DNA from: a virus
Reading direction: 5' to 3' (one strand)
Virus record (IMG/VR): IMGVR_UViG_3300010885_020237
Location: 1-64,000 of that record
DNA: 64,000 bases
Each line of letters begins with the position of its first letter. The stretch's first letter is position 1. The notes below the pieces were generated by a model. It saw only the letters and a program-made list of their open reading frames with translations. It searched no databases and was not told the origin of the DNA. Positions 1-10,244 of the stretch are shown piece by piece. The translations under genes were made by a program, and so were the position numbers.

Positions 1-524
1 AGCCATCTAATATTAGGTAGAGTCCAATTCTTACGATCTCCATCTATAAAATGTAATAGTAGTGGCTGCTTATTATCTTTGATTCTTTTCTCTCCATAAC
101 CGCAGTGTTCACATTCTTCCTTATGTAATTCATGTAAGATTAACATCTTCTTTAGAATTGCAACCCTTGATGGACTAGTCCATTTTCTTTGCGTAAGTAG
201 ATTGTCTATTTGTTTTTGGTATCTATAAGGTAGATTTTCTTTTATGTGTGTTCGTGGTCTTAACGAATGAGGGTTACCAAACTTTCTATATAGTTCGTAC
301 AGATTTTTTCCAGTCTCTAGATCAATATATTTTTCTGCGTATTTTCTAAAGGTACGGATGTTAATGCCACCCATATATCTACAGGCTTCTGCAATACTTG
401 AGGAATTAGCTAACGCTTCTCTAATCTCGTCTTCTGTTAATTGAAGTCCTAAGTGTGGGAATCCCAATGCTTTAGATACTGCATGAGGAAGTTTCTTTTG
501 GTATTTTTTCCTAGGCCCCCTCAT
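1..524 (-). CDS. HNH endonuclease-like protein with N-terminal HTH-like region (runs off window edge)
   Basis: Hand translation from ATG at 524: MRGPRKKYQKKLPH...SIAEACRYMGG...EECEHCGYGE...LLLHFIDGDRKNWTLPNIRW. Has CxxC and H-x-x-D-G-x-x-x-N pattern. Missing from the ORF track. Confidence 0.75.
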   Translation of the reverse strand, partial: MRGPRKKYQKKLPHAVSKALGFPHLGLQLTEDEIREALANSSSIAEACRYMGGINIRTFRKYAEKYIDLETGKNLYELYRKFGNPHSLRPRTHIKENLPYRYQKQIDNLLTQRKWTSPSRVAILKKMLILHELHKEECEHCGYGEKRIKDNKQPLLLHFIDGDRKNWTLPNIRW

Positions 525-924
525 CTATTTTGGGATTGATAGATACAATAACATTCCATAAATCGTATGGATTATTCATCTCTATTTCTTGACCATCAAG
601 AGATTGAATTACATTTATGGTACCATCATCATTGGTTCTATCGTATAAATAAAAGCTAATCATGTCCATACAGTCTTCACCAAAATTCATAAACATTAAC
701 ATATCAATTATCTGAATGTATTTGTCTTCAAATTTAAACAGATCTATTTGTAATTCTTGATAGGCTATATTTGATCTTACAATGGTTTCTTCTAATAGAT
801 TTATAATCGCGAAGAAGCATTCTTTTCTTCTATCAGATTGTGTACGCTTCTTTCTTCTTACTGTAGATTGTGCATTAAGTAAAGAGTCTACTGCAAGTTG
901 TATAGCTTTGTATGGTTCTGCCAT
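511..924 (-). CDS. hypothetical phage protein
   Basis: 137 aa ORF in tight minus-strand gene run. Confidence 0.7.
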   Translation of the reverse strand: MAEPYKAIQLAVDSLLNAQSTVRRKKRTQSDRRKECFFAIINLLEETIVRSNIAYQELQIDLFKFEDKYIQIIDMLMFMNFGEDCMDMISFYLYDRTNDDGTINVIQSLDGQEIEMNNPYDLWNVIVSINPKIDEGA

Positions 925-928
925 TGTC

Positions 929-1258
929 TTATTTTTTTGGTATTCTAAGTGACTCTATTAATTTTGTTAAATGACTACACTTTTCGTAATCTTCTTCTCC
1001 ATCATTTATGTACCAATGTAGGCAAGTACTTAGAGCGTCAGCCCAATAGTTCTTGTGAATCTCTATAAAATTATTTGATGAATTGATTTCAAATATAGAC
1101 GCAAATGTTTTCTTATGAATAATTGCGTATTCAATTGCATTAGGTACTTCAGCCTTAAGTAATAATTTTAGAATGTTTGATTCCTGTAATTGGTCTAACG
1201 TAAGTTGTTCAGCGTCTTCGAATATCGCTCTAACTGTTTTTCTTTGCTGTTTCTTCAT
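929..1258 (-). CDS. hypothetical protein, UVR-like C-terminal motif (EEDYEKC)
   Basis: 109 aa ORF. Confidence 0.65.
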   Translation of the reverse strand: MKKQQRKTVRAIFEDAEQLTLDQLQESNILKLLLKAEVPNAIEYAIIHKKTFASIFEINSSNNFIEIHKNYWADALSTCLHWYINDGEEDYEKCSHLTKLIESLRIPKK

Positions 1259-1276
1259 AACTAGGTTTAGATTATG

Positions 1277-1606
1277 TTATTCTCCTTTTAGGGTCTTCAT
1301 TAACCAACCTGAAATGGCGCTTAATGGTATGATAAAAGATACTACATTTAAATAGGCATTTCTTTCATTGAAGTCAACAGGAATTCTAGCTTCGCCGAAT
1401 CTTTTTTGTAAAGCTACAGAGATTTTATTTGCGTACTCTTGTTTCTTTCTTGGATCTTGTATCTTATCTTTTGGCAATACAAATTGCATGTTTACTCCTT
1501 TCTTTGTGGGAGCATCTGATAGATCGAACTGAAGTGGTAAAGTAACTTTCTCTCCATCTATAGAAAGATTAACTGAGTATCTTGGTGTTGCTAATATATT
1601 TGCCAT
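1277..1606 (-). CDS. hypothetical protein
   Basis: 109 aa ORF; ATATTTAT motif 4 nt upstream of ATG. Confidence 0.7.
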   Translation of the reverse strand: MANILATPRYSVNLSIDGEKVTLPLQFDLSDAPTKKGVNMQFVLPKDKIQDPRKKQEYANKISVALQKRFGEARIPVDFNERNAYLNVVSFIIPLSAISGWLMKTLKGE

Positions 1607-1622
1607 GGTAATAAATATCTAT

Positions 1623-2786
1623 TTATGTGGTTGAAAACAATGGTTTAATTGATATATTTACTGGCTTAACTGTTCTTATTTCCAGCCTCATATTCCCCAA
1701 TTCAAATTGTCCTTCTTCTCCTGATTCAAATATAATCTCCTGAAGCTGTCCGATCATATTGGCATCTCTCTCGCTAAACGTTTTAGTGTTTATATAGATT
1801 AGAATATCATTGTCTGGTTGAGCTCCAGATTTAACTCTGTCCGATAAATTGAGTAATGTGTTTGATGATTCTCTAGCTATGTATTCATTCACTAAATTTT
1901 TTTCTTCTACGTATAAAGTGGTGCACCAAGGTTCGAACATATCAAGCATTAATGTGTTTACTATTACGCCTTCAATTATAATACCTATATTATATTTTTG
2001 TGGTATAATTGGATATTGATACTCATCATTTTTAATCCAACTACCCCATTTTCTAAGATAATTTCTTGCCGCTTTGCTACTGGCTTTTTTAAAGTAATCG
2101 TCGTCCTTTCCAATCTCTTGATTCCACCTGTGACCTCTACAAGTTAAGTGATAGACGAGTGCATCTCTTGATTGAATTAACTCATATCCTGCCATGATCC
2201 ATCTTTGAAATATGTCCGAATCTTCGTAAGGGAATGGAGCAAAGATCTTATCATGGCCTCCAACTTTTACGAAGTCTTCTTTATATAGAATCCAAGGAGC
2301 AAACATGCCTTTTGTTGTCTTGTCTTTTTCATGTAGTTGAATCGTATCAACATATTCTTCGAACATCTCAACATTTAAAGAGTCGAAGTCCATACCAAAA
2401 TCTTTAACTATTTTCTCTTTACCTTCTGGGTGTAAGGGAGGTTCTACCCTTGTTCCGCATACTACAGTGCCAGGTTTCAGATGCTTGATCATGTTCTCAA
2501 TATAGTTTGGACCTATAATCATGTCTGCGTGCAAAATTCCTACGATTGAAGTTTCTGCTAATTGAATGCCTTTATCGTATAGTATTGTATGACCAATTCT
2601 TTGTGAAGATCTATATAGAGCAACGATATTATTGTCTTCTATAGAAGATAACCATTCTGTAGTACCGTCTGTAGACCCATCATCTAAAAAAATTATTTTA
2701 GCGCTTGAAGCGTTTCTCTTTATGCTATAGTAACAATTCTTTAAGTGCCTTAAATTATTGCTGGATGGTATTATTAGTGTGATCAT
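1623..2786 (-). CDS. glycosyltransferase family 2
   Basis: IIPS...FLDDGSTDGT, LHAD (DxD-like), FAPFPYEDSD. Confidence 0.9.
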   Translation of the reverse strand: MITLIIPSSNNLRHLKNCYYSIKRNASSAKIIFLDDGSTDGTTEWLSSIEDNNIVALYRSSQRIGHTILYDKGIQLAETSIVGILHADMIIGPNYIENMIKHLKPGTVVCGTRVEPPLHPEGKEKIVKDFGMDFDSLNVEMFEEYVDTIQLHEKDKTTKGMFAPWILYKEDFVKVGGHDKIFAPFPYEDSDIFQRWIMAGYELIQSRDALVYHLTCRGHRWNQEIGKDDDYFKKASSKAARNYLRKWGSWIKNDEYQYPIIPQKYNIGIIIEGVIVNTLMLDMFEPWCTTLYVEEKNLVNEYIARESSNTLLNLSDRVKSGAQPDNDILIYINTKTFSERDANMIGQLQEIIFESGEEGQFELGNMRLEIRTVKPVNISIKPLFSTT

Positions 2787-2790
2787 GTTA

Positions 2791-3477
2791 TTACTTTAAT
2801 TGAATTGTGAATGCCCAAATAACATTTGGACTTATAATGTTATAATGAGAATAATATTGAGGATCATTTATTTCATTGCCAACTTCTGACCAATTATTAA
2901 AATCTTCAGAAAAAAAGAATTTCTCTTCTATTATTTTATATCCAACTAAATCCAATTGGTTTTTTAATAACCTTTGTCTTCTAAAATCATATCCTCTTAA
3001 AAATGGTTCTCCTGATTCTTCATAATTCATATAAGGACCAGCTGGGAGAGTTATGATCAACTTAGAGTTTTCGTCTTTTAAAATTTTACATGCTTTAGTT
3101 ATTCCAAGTATGTCATGATTCCATCTGCAAGTATCATCTTCTGCGAGACCATTTGCCATTCTATTTCCAGCGAACCAAAATCCAAAGTGTTCGAACACAG
3201 ATATTGCTATCACGTAATCAAATTTATTAGACTCTTCGAAATCTATGAAGTCAGTACATATATGTTTCCAATCTGTATTATGCTTAAGCCATGCGGTTGG
3301 TTCTACTGGTAAGATATCTGTAGTAGTGACGTCATTATATCCTAGTGATTTAATAGTTTCACTTATACCCTCTACTCCTCCCCATCTTTCACCAATTATC
3401 AATATTGTTTTATCTTCTAATTGATTAGAAAAATATGGTACCTCTACTATTTTAGTTCCTTTTAATTCTATATTCAT
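2791..3477 (-). CDS. class I SAM-dependent methyltransferase-like (DUF268-like)
   Basis: ILIIGE, FDYVIAISVFEHFG, LIITLP. Start moved to MNIELKG (3477) to reduce overlap. Confidence 0.65.
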   Translation of the reverse strand: MNIELKGTKIVEVPYFSNQLEDKTILIIGERWGGVEGISETIKSLGYNDVTTTDILPVEPTAWLKHNTDWKHICTDFIDFEESNKFDYVIAISVFEHFGFWFAGNRMANGLAEDDTCRWNHDILGITKACKILKDENSKLIITLPAGPYMNYEESGEPFLRGYDFRRQRLLKNQLDLVGYKIIEEKFFFSEDFNNWSEVGNEINDPQYYSHYNIISPNVIWAFTIQLK

Positions 3478-4195
3478 CTGTGTAATTTTCTCCATGAGAT
3501 CGTAATGACAAGTAATCGTTAATGTATTCAGAGTTTGCAAAATATTGATTCATGTTTGTTTCAGCTATTCTACAAAATTCTGAAACTCCTATGTTTATTT
3601 TATTTTGCTTAAATGTTTGAGAATTTAAATGACATATAGTATTAGTGTCAGATACAACAGTTGTAAGATTTAATTTATTCGATATACAACCAGTATAAAA
3701 ATCTAATCCCCATCCATATATAAGTTCTTCAGGATATTGTTGTATCTCTTGTAGAATATCTCTTCTTAATAAAGGACTTTGAAAATCTATCCATCTAACT
3801 TCTCGTAATCCTTTACCCCAATTCCACATTTGTTTCCAATGACATTGTTCTACTGATGCATTAATTATAGAAGGAGAATATACTGACGCATCTGAATGTC
3901 TGGCTTCTTGTATTGAGGTACTTAAGAATGATGGTCCGTGGAATATTAAATCATTATTTAGAAAATAAAGATATTCATGATCTGTCTTTAAGAAGTATTC
4001 TAAAACTACATTAAATCCGCCACCGAAAAAAATATTCTGTTCAAGTGCGTGAGTAGTTGATTTAGCGAGTGATTCCTTAGATCCGTTATCTACGACCATC
4101 AATTCACATTGATCAAATATACTGTCTCTTTTTAATTGATCTACTAAATTATCTGTTAATTCTGGTAGATTGTGGTTTAGGGTGGCTATTAACAT
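3452..4195 (-). CDS. glycosyltransferase family 2-like
   Basis: VVDNGS, FLNNDL, GWGLD motifs. Confidence 0.85.
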   Translation of the reverse strand: MLIATLNHNLPELTDNLVDQLKRDSIFDQCELMVVDNGSKESLAKSTTHALEQNIFFGGGFNVVLEYFLKTDHEYLYFLNNDLIFHGPSFLSTSIQEARHSDASVYSPSIINASVEQCHWKQMWNWGKGLREVRWIDFQSPLLRRDILQEIQQYPEELIYGWGLDFYTGCISNKLNLTTVVSDTNTICHLNSQTFKQNKINIGVSEFCRIAETNMNQYFANSEYINDYLSLRSHGENYTDEYRIKRN

Positions 4196-4202
4196 ATTCT
4201 AT

Positions 4203-5018
4203 TTATGGTCTTAGTTGGTCAAATTCATAGTATGATTCAAAATCAATTTTGCGGCTAGTTCCAGTATTATCTCTAATCCAATTTTCAATTAATGGAGCTA
4301 AGTCTAACTTATTCATGCTACATCTATTTGATAGATATGGAATATTTCCAGATCTTGATACTAAAAAAGGAAATACGCCTTCAAAATAATATCTATTTAA
4401 GTTTGTGTTATACCATTTATCTGAAATATAATTAAAAAACGTTTTAATTGGCTTTTTACAAATCACGTACATAGTATGTATGTAAAAAAATGGAGCGTGT
4501 GTATACGGTAAGGTATCAGTGAGTATATTTTCAAATAGAGGAATTTCTACGTCTGTCTCTGAATAAACACGATCTTTATTATATTCTAATCCTAGTAATC
4601 CATAGGATCCATATCCTTGAGTGTGTAATAAGTTTTCTATATTAAGTCTTCTATTGATAAGATTATCTATATACCACTGTCTTAAATAATCGCTATGCGA
4701 ATTAACTGCGCCTTTCGTATGAATGAACCAGTAATATTCATATTCAGCATTTGATTTATTAAGTAGTTTTAAAGCAATTTGATAAGCAGAAGCATCACTA
4801 TATGTATATAATGATTCATCATTTAATCTTTCATAAATTATAGACAGTCCTGAGTTTATCAATATATCTTCTACTTGTGGTATACACGCATAATTAATGC
4901 CTATGTATATATCGCTATCGGAGAAATTATTATTAAATGAACTTAAAAATTGATCTAACACAAATAATCTATCTTCACTCATGATTGAACATGCAAATAA
5001 AACGCAACTTTTTTTCAT
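4203..5018 (-). CDS. putative glycosyltransferase-like protein
   Basis: FIHTKG and RYYFEG motifs resemble rhamnan-synthesis/GT-associated phage domains; context. Confidence 0.5.
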   Translation of the reverse strand: MKKSCVLFACSIMSEDRLFVLDQFLSSFNNNFSDSDIYIGINYACIPQVEDILINSGLSIIYERLNDESLYTYSDASAYQIALKLLNKSNAEYEYYWFIHTKGAVNSHSDYLRQWYIDNLINRRLNIENLLHTQGYGSYGLLGLEYNKDRVYSETDVEIPLFENILTDTLPYTHAPFFYIHTMYVICKKPIKTFFNYISDKWYNTNLNRYYFEGVFPFLVSRSGNIPYLSNRCSMNKLDLAPLIENWIRDNTGTSRKIDFESYYEFDQLRP

Positions 5019-5021
5019 ATA

Positions 5022-5642
5022 CTATTTCTTATATAAAAATGCAATTTCAGAAACATTTGCCATTTCTAAAAATACGCTGCTTACATTGTAAGTCAAGTAA
5101 AGTCTCTCTTCATCAGTAATATATTTACTGTCAAAATTTTTATTCTCTATAAACTCTTTGATAAGATCTGTAGTATTTCTATCTCCAGCGTGACAGTATG
5201 CTGGGTGTCCAGCGGTATGCAAATCTTCTATCACATATAATCCACCTGATTTTAATTTAGGGAATAGAACGCCTAAACTGATTTGTTGTTGATGTTGCAT
5301 GTGTCCACCATCATCTATAATAATATCGAATTCTATATCAGTATCAGATAAAAACTTCATTAAATCTTGTCTACTTGATTGATCGCATAAATACATTTTT
5401 GTATTTACTAGTGATAAATTTTCAGGTAAAACAATATCCATTCCATGAATAACTGTATTATTAACGCTAAAATATTCTCTCCACATTTTTGTGGATTCTC
5501 CTTTATCTAGTCCTATTTCTAAAAAATTCTTGCTGTTTTTTCTATACGCAGCGAAATGTTTTTCATAGTATGGTATATAATTATGATATACTTCGCCCTT
5601 ATCAGTATTATATCCGTTTGAAATCTGTAGTAATGTTTTCAT
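5022..5642 (-). CDS. SAM-dependent (sugar O-)methyltransferase, MycE-like
   Basis: TDKG, FLEIGL, CDQS, DIIIDDGGH, GGLYVIEDLHT. Confidence 0.85.
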   Translation of the reverse strand: MKTLLQISNGYNTDKGEVYHNYIPYYEKHFAAYRKNSKNFLEIGLDKGESTKMWREYFSVNNTVIHGMDIVLPENLSLVNTKMYLCDQSSRQDLMKFLSDTDIEFDIIIDDGGHMQHQQQISLGVLFPKLKSGGLYVIEDLHTAGHPAYCHAGDRNTTDLIKEFIENKNFDSKYITDEERLYLTYNVSSVFLEMANVSEIAFLYKK

Positions 5643-6427
5643 TTTTTTAATTTTAAATTATATATTGATTGTAATCCAATGCCTAAATAAAGTTTTTTCA
5701 TCTTGTCTATATCGTAATTTTGCCGCTGATCTAACTCGTATTGGTGTGGGTAATGATAATTTTTAAATAGAGGACCTCTTGGAAATAAATCTATACATTT
5801 AGATGCTAATAACCATTCTCCATACCAAGTAAATTCTGATGGGCAATGATCTATAAGATCTTTGAATTTCAAATTATTCGGTTTTAAATAATGCTCTTCT
5901 AATGAAGACCAAACTTTGGTCGACCATATTGTGGGACCAGGACCAAAATCGTATACTATTCCGTCTCTATCGAATACTTTCATTATTTTTTGTCTATCTT
6001 CCACAAAACTTATGTAAGGATCAAAACTTAATGGATTTTTATCCATAAATTCAAATAGTGATTTATATTCATGACAAATCGTGTAAGGCGTATTTTCATC
6101 GAACATGAAATCCCTCTTATAAAAAGGTTTAATAAATAAACAGTCAGAGTCAATGCACAAATAATTTTCACATAAGTTAAGTCTCCAAAATTCTGACTTT
6201 ACTATTTGCTGTCCTATCCATCCTTGATCAGCATTTACTATATCTTCATCAATTAATAAAGTGTAATCTCCTATAAGTTCTTTTTTAAATACATCAAAAT
6301 CTACTTTAGGTACTGATACATAAAACGGTATCGATTCTACATTAAACTCTTTTATACTGGCTAATAATATCTTTACATGATCTAAATCATTGATGTAAGA
6401 TTTGCAATAGAGAACTAATTTTTCCAA
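5639..6427 (-). CDS. GT-A-like protein (DUF6492-like)
   Basis: GWIGQQIVK, LCIDSD (DxD), SEFTWYG. Probable TTG start at 6427. Confidence 0.6.
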   Translation of the reverse strand: MEKLVLYCKSYINDLDHVKILLASIKEFNVESIPFYVSVPKVDFDVFKKELIGDYTLLIDEDIVNADQGWIGQQIVKSEFWRLNLCENYLCIDSDCLFIKPFYKRDFMFDENTPYTICHEYKSLFEFMDKNPLSFDPYISFVEDRQKIMKVFDRDGIVYDFGPGPTIWSTKVWSSLEEHYLKPNNLKFKDLIDHCPSEFTWYGEWLLASKCIDLFPRGPLFKNYHYPHQYELDQRQNYDIDKMKKLYLGIGLQSIYNLKLKK

Positions 6428-6437
6428 GAAATAGATT

Positions 6438-7073
6438 TTATTTATGATATGATGTATTAATTTTAAACTGCTCAACCTTCTTTAAACCCTTTTTAGAGCA
6501 TTGGAAGTGTGTATGATATCCATCTATAGTATCTTCAGTAAAATATGTTTTAGATATCTGAGATTTAAATTCTAGTAGCATATTTTTTTTAGTCTCATAC
6601 ACTTCAGATATATCCATGAATAGATTAGCATTCCAATTTTCTAAAGCGCTAGGAGACTTATATTCAATAAGAGAATACGGTTTAATACGAGCCAATGCGT
6701 TACCAAAAGAAGACACTAATACATGTTCAAAATGACTATCTATAGAAGAAGGTAATAGTATAGCATCTATATCTAATTTAGCTAAGCATTCTATTTCTAT
6801 ATATTGAATCCATTCGTCTGTTTGTTTATCTTTAATAAATTCAACATTTGATTTTATTAAATTATAGTTATCTATATTTGCCACTTTCCATGAATTAATC
6901 ATTTCATTGTATCTTAAATAACTAGTAGTACTATCGCAATCTCCACCATTAGACAAACATAAGATGTGAAATACAGTGTCTTTATTTTTAACTATAGTTC
7001 CACTCATGCTATACTCTACATCATCAGGATGAGGACTTAAACATAATACGTGATTAAAATTCATGAACTTCAT
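6438..7073 (-). CDS. PIG-L/LmbE family N-acetyl deacetylase
   Basis: SPHPDD and DSHFEH metal motifs. Confidence 0.9.
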   Translation of the reverse strand: MKFMNFNHVLCLSPHPDDVEYSMSGTIVKNKDTVFHILCLSNGGDCDSTTSYLRYNEMINSWKVANIDNYNLIKSNVEFIKDKQTDEWIQYIEIECLAKLDIDAILLPSSIDSHFEHVLVSSFGNALARIKPYSLIEYKSPSALENWNANLFMDISEVYETKKNMLLEFKSQISKTYFTEDTIDGYHTHFQCSKKGLKKVEQFKINTSYHK

Positions 7074-7075
7074 AT

Positions 7076-7930
7076 CTATTTTCTTTTTAAGTTAAAGCTA
7101 AATCCATGTGGCGCGTGTATTCTTATTCCATATCTTCTTAAAAAATCCCTAAATGCATCAGTTAGAACATCATGATTTCCTGAATACGTTAAATTCTCTA
7201 TATCAAGAATCAATTTATTTATTTTTATTTTCGGATACTCAACTATTTCAATATTAATTTCTGTATCAGTTTTATAATAAGTTAACAATTCAACAAAATC
7301 TAATATTATTTTTTGAAATATTTTAATTTTATCTTCATGTGCAGGTTCTTCAATATGTTTAATTAGTTTAGCTGGAGATCCTACATATACACCAGATTCA
7401 GTCAAAGATTTTACTACCGTAGAATTAGATCCAACGATTACGTTATCAGCTATATTCACTCCTGACATTATAACCGTTTTCCATCCAATTATCACATCAT
7501 TTCCTATATTAACTCCTGCAAAAGTTGATACTCCTCCTTTTAATACAGAATGCCAAAATCCATGAGTAATAATATCCACTTCATGAGAAAGTCCTACATT
7601 ATTGCCTATTTTTACAGGTCTAGATAGATTTATGTATCCCGTATGTACAACGCAACCATTACCAATTTCTAAATTTGCAAATGGAAAATTAGCGCCTCCT
7701 CCTCCAATTTCAAAGAATCCATATCTAGTAGGACCATAATAAAAATCATCTCCTATATGAATGTTCTCACCGACTATTTTTAATCCATCTCCTATTTTCG
7801 CGTTATCGCCTAATTTAAAATCACCTCTAACTTTAATGTTTATGTTTTTTCCTAACTTTGAATTGTTTCCTATATCAATGTTATTTGCTTCTATGCTAAC
7901 ATTATTATTATATTCTTTGTATACTGCCAT
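7076..7930 (-). CDS. left-handed beta-helix (hexapeptide) acyltransferase
   Basis: Hexapeptide repeats IGNN/IGND, VIIGWKTVIMSGVNI, VGSPAK. Confidence 0.9.
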   Translation of the reverse strand: MAVYKEYNNNVSIEANNIDIGNNSKLGKNINIKVRGDFKLGDNAKIGDGLKIVGENIHIGDDFYYGPTRYGFFEIGGGGANFPFANLEIGNGCVVHTGYINLSRPVKIGNNVGLSHEVDIITHGFWHSVLKGGVSTFAGVNIGNDVIIGWKTVIMSGVNIADNVIVGSNSTVVKSLTESGVYVGSPAKLIKHIEEPAHEDKIKIFQKIILDFVELLTYYKTDTEINIEIVEYPKIKINKLILDIENLTYSGNHDVLTDAFRDFLRRYGIRIHAPHGFSFNLKRK

Positions 7931-8577
7931 TATATTAAACCTCCACTTATATTTAAATTTTGACCTGTTATGTATTCAGTTTCAATTAAGTATTTAATTG
8001 TATTATATAGTTCTTCAATTGTTCCCCAACGTTTAATCGGTATACTTTGCTTAATAGGTTCTTTAAAGTCATCTGATATTTTGTGAGTTAATCCTCCATC
8101 AAAGTATCCAAGTTGTAAACTATTGCATGTAATGTTTTTTGATATGTTCTCTATAGCAACTGTCTTAGTTAAACTATCAACAAACCCTTTACAGCCAGCG
8201 TAAATAGCTGTGCTTACAACTGGATGATCTGCTAGTACTGAGGATGATAAAATTATTCGTCCGAATTTTTTCTCTCTCATCTGTAATAAACAACACGATA
8301 CTATATTAATGGTTCCCATGATATTAATATTTAATTGTTTAGATATCTCATGGATATTAGTATCATTGTATTTGTGGATAAAACAATCGTAATTATATCC
8401 ACTTAAGTTTATTACGATATCAACATCTACACTGTTAAAAAAACTTTTAACATCATTATACTCTATAATGTTTATATCGCGAGATCCTATACTAATAACA
8501 CGATAATCATTACATAAAAAAGATTGTACTTGACTACCGAGTCCACCAGTGCCACCAAATAATGCGATTGTTTTCAT
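7930..8577 (-). CDS. fabG: SDR oxidoreductase, 3-oxoacyl-ACP reductase-like
   Basis: GGTGGLG, GRII, YAGCK (YxxxK), IPIKRWG, YITGQNLNISGG. Confidence 0.8.
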   Translation of the reverse strand: MKTIALFGGTGGLGSQVQSFLCNDYRVISIGSRDINIIEYNDVKSFFNSVDVDIVINLSGYNYDCFIHKYNDTNIHEISKQLNINIMGTINIVSCCLLQMREKKFGRIILSSSVLADHPVVSTAIYAGCKGFVDSLTKTVAIENISKNITCNSLQLGYFDGGLTHKISDDFKEPIKQSIPIKRWGTIEELYNTIKYLIETEYITGQNLNISGGLI

Positions 8578-8591
8578 ATAGTGCTCTTATT

Positions 8592-9530
8592 TTATTTTTC
8601 CCATTTAATTAGCGCGGTACCCCATGTCCATCCTGATCCTACAGTAGCTAATAGTACTAAATTATTATTATTTAATGATTGATTATTTATCATGTGATGT
8701 AATGCTAAAGGAATAGATGCAGCCGCTGTATTAGCATACTTATCCATCACAGTTATAACTTTTTCAAATGGAATGTCTATTTTTATTGCTATTGTTTTTA
8801 ATACTGCGATACCCGGTTGATGAGGAACTAAATAACTTATCTGATCTATTGTAGTATTATTCTTAGTAAGTATACTATTAATTGCTATGGGTAATTGCGT
8901 TGTTGCAGCTTCATATACAGCTTTACCATCCATTTTAAAATAACCTCCTATATGAGTGGTAAATCCTTCTATGCCAGTGCTATCTGCATGTATGTCTGTA
9001 GATATCCAACCAGTAGTTGATTTAGATAATACGATTGCCCCAGAACCGTCTCCAAAATATACACAATCTCTGCTGAGCTTATCTGTTATTGTAGAATAGG
9101 TTTCAGACGCCACTAAAAGTATATTCTTATAAGAGTCGTTATCTATTAATGAACTAGCTATATTTAATCCGTAGATAAATCCAGAACACACAGCATTAAT
9201 ATCAAAACACGGACATGTCGCTTTAAGCTTTTCTGCTACTATACACGCAGTAGATGGAGAAATTCTATCAGGACTTGATGTTGCCAATATAATCAAATCT
9301 ATATCATCTATATTTAATTTTGAATTCTCTAATGCATTTTTAGCAGCATTAAAAGCTAAGTCAGAAGTTTTTTCGTCTTTGCTTACCCAACGTCTTTCTT
9401 TGATTCCTAAATAATCTAAAGGCCAATTTTCACTAGTATTGTAAGTATCATGTAAGTACTTATTTGTTATGACATTATTTGGAACGTGTACTCCTATTCC
9501 TTTAATTGCTACTTTGTATTGTTTAGACAT
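8592..9530 (-). CDS. fabH: 3-oxoacyl-ACP synthase III (KAS III)
   Basis: GIKERR, DINAVCSGF (catalytic C), FGDGSGA, VPHQ, ANTAAASIP, GSGWTWG. Confidence 0.92.
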   Translation of the reverse strand: MSKQYKVAIKGIGVHVPNNVITNKYLHDTYNTSENWPLDYLGIKERRWVSKDEKTSDLAFNAAKNALENSKLNIDDIDLIILATSSPDRISPSTACIVAEKLKATCPCFDINAVCSGFIYGLNIASSLIDNDSYKNILLVASETYSTITDKLSRDCVYFGDGSGAIVLSKSTTGWISTDIHADSTGIEGFTTHIGGYFKMDGKAVYEAATTQLPIAINSILTKNNTTIDQISYLVPHQPGIAVLKTIAIKIDIPFEKVITVMDKYANTAAASIPLALHHMINNQSLNNNNLVLLATVGSGWTWGTALIKWEK

Positions 9531-9533
9531 GCA

Positions 9534-10244
9534 TTATAAGTTTAGATCTCTCTTTACTAACTTAGACCAATTGGAAGAGTTTACATTCTGATGTCTCAAA
9601 TAATGTATTTCATCTTCAGGCATATTATCTTTAGTGTAGTAAAAAGGTTGGTGTATTATCGTATATGGTAGACCTATTCTAAAACAATTAGAGCTCCATG
9701 ATGCAGGAGTATTTGGAGCATATACTGAAAATGTTGTGTCTATAGGATGAGGATATAATTTAAAATCGCCATCAATGATTTCATCATTCCAATATGTTAT
9801 TTCGTAATCATATACATGCTTAAGTAATGGGTCTGATAAATTTAGATCGTCTATTTTAATAGACATTCCAACTTTATGGATATTATATTTGTCTATCAAA
9901 AAAATCATATCGTCTATAAAATTTTCTGGCGTATCATCTATTGGATACACGTCACTATCAGTATAAGCATAATGAGTACTTACGATTTCTACAAATTTTG
10001 GATTTTTGGCTTCGTATGCTAAATGATTTAAAGCATAGCAATTATTGTATTCTGGATTTGTATTAAAATACACATCTAAATTCTCTTCTGTATACCAATT
10101 TAAGAGCGGTTGATATGTAGACATATTGTCTATTACAATAATATTATTGTAATTTCTTGATTTTAATGAGGCGACTAATTTTTTTACAGGTGTTAGTCGA
10201 TCTCTATTTAATATTACTATCGGAGTGTCTTTCATTTTTACCAT
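9534..10244 (-). CDS. glycosyltransferase family 2-like
   Basis: ILNRDR, VIDNMS, YTDSD, PIDTTF. Confidence 0.75.
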   Translation of the reverse strand: MVKMKDTPIVILNRDRLTPVKKLVASLKSRNYNNIIVIDNMSTYQPLLNWYTEENLDVYFNTNPEYNNCYALNHLAYEAKNPKFVEIVSTHYAYTDSDVYPIDDTPENFIDDMIFLIDKYNIHKVGMSIKIDDLNLSDPLLKHVYDYEITYWNDEIIDGDFKLYPHPIDTTFSVYAPNTPASWSSNCFRIGLPYTIIHQPFYYTKDNMPEDEIHYLRHQNVNSSNWSKLVKRDLNL

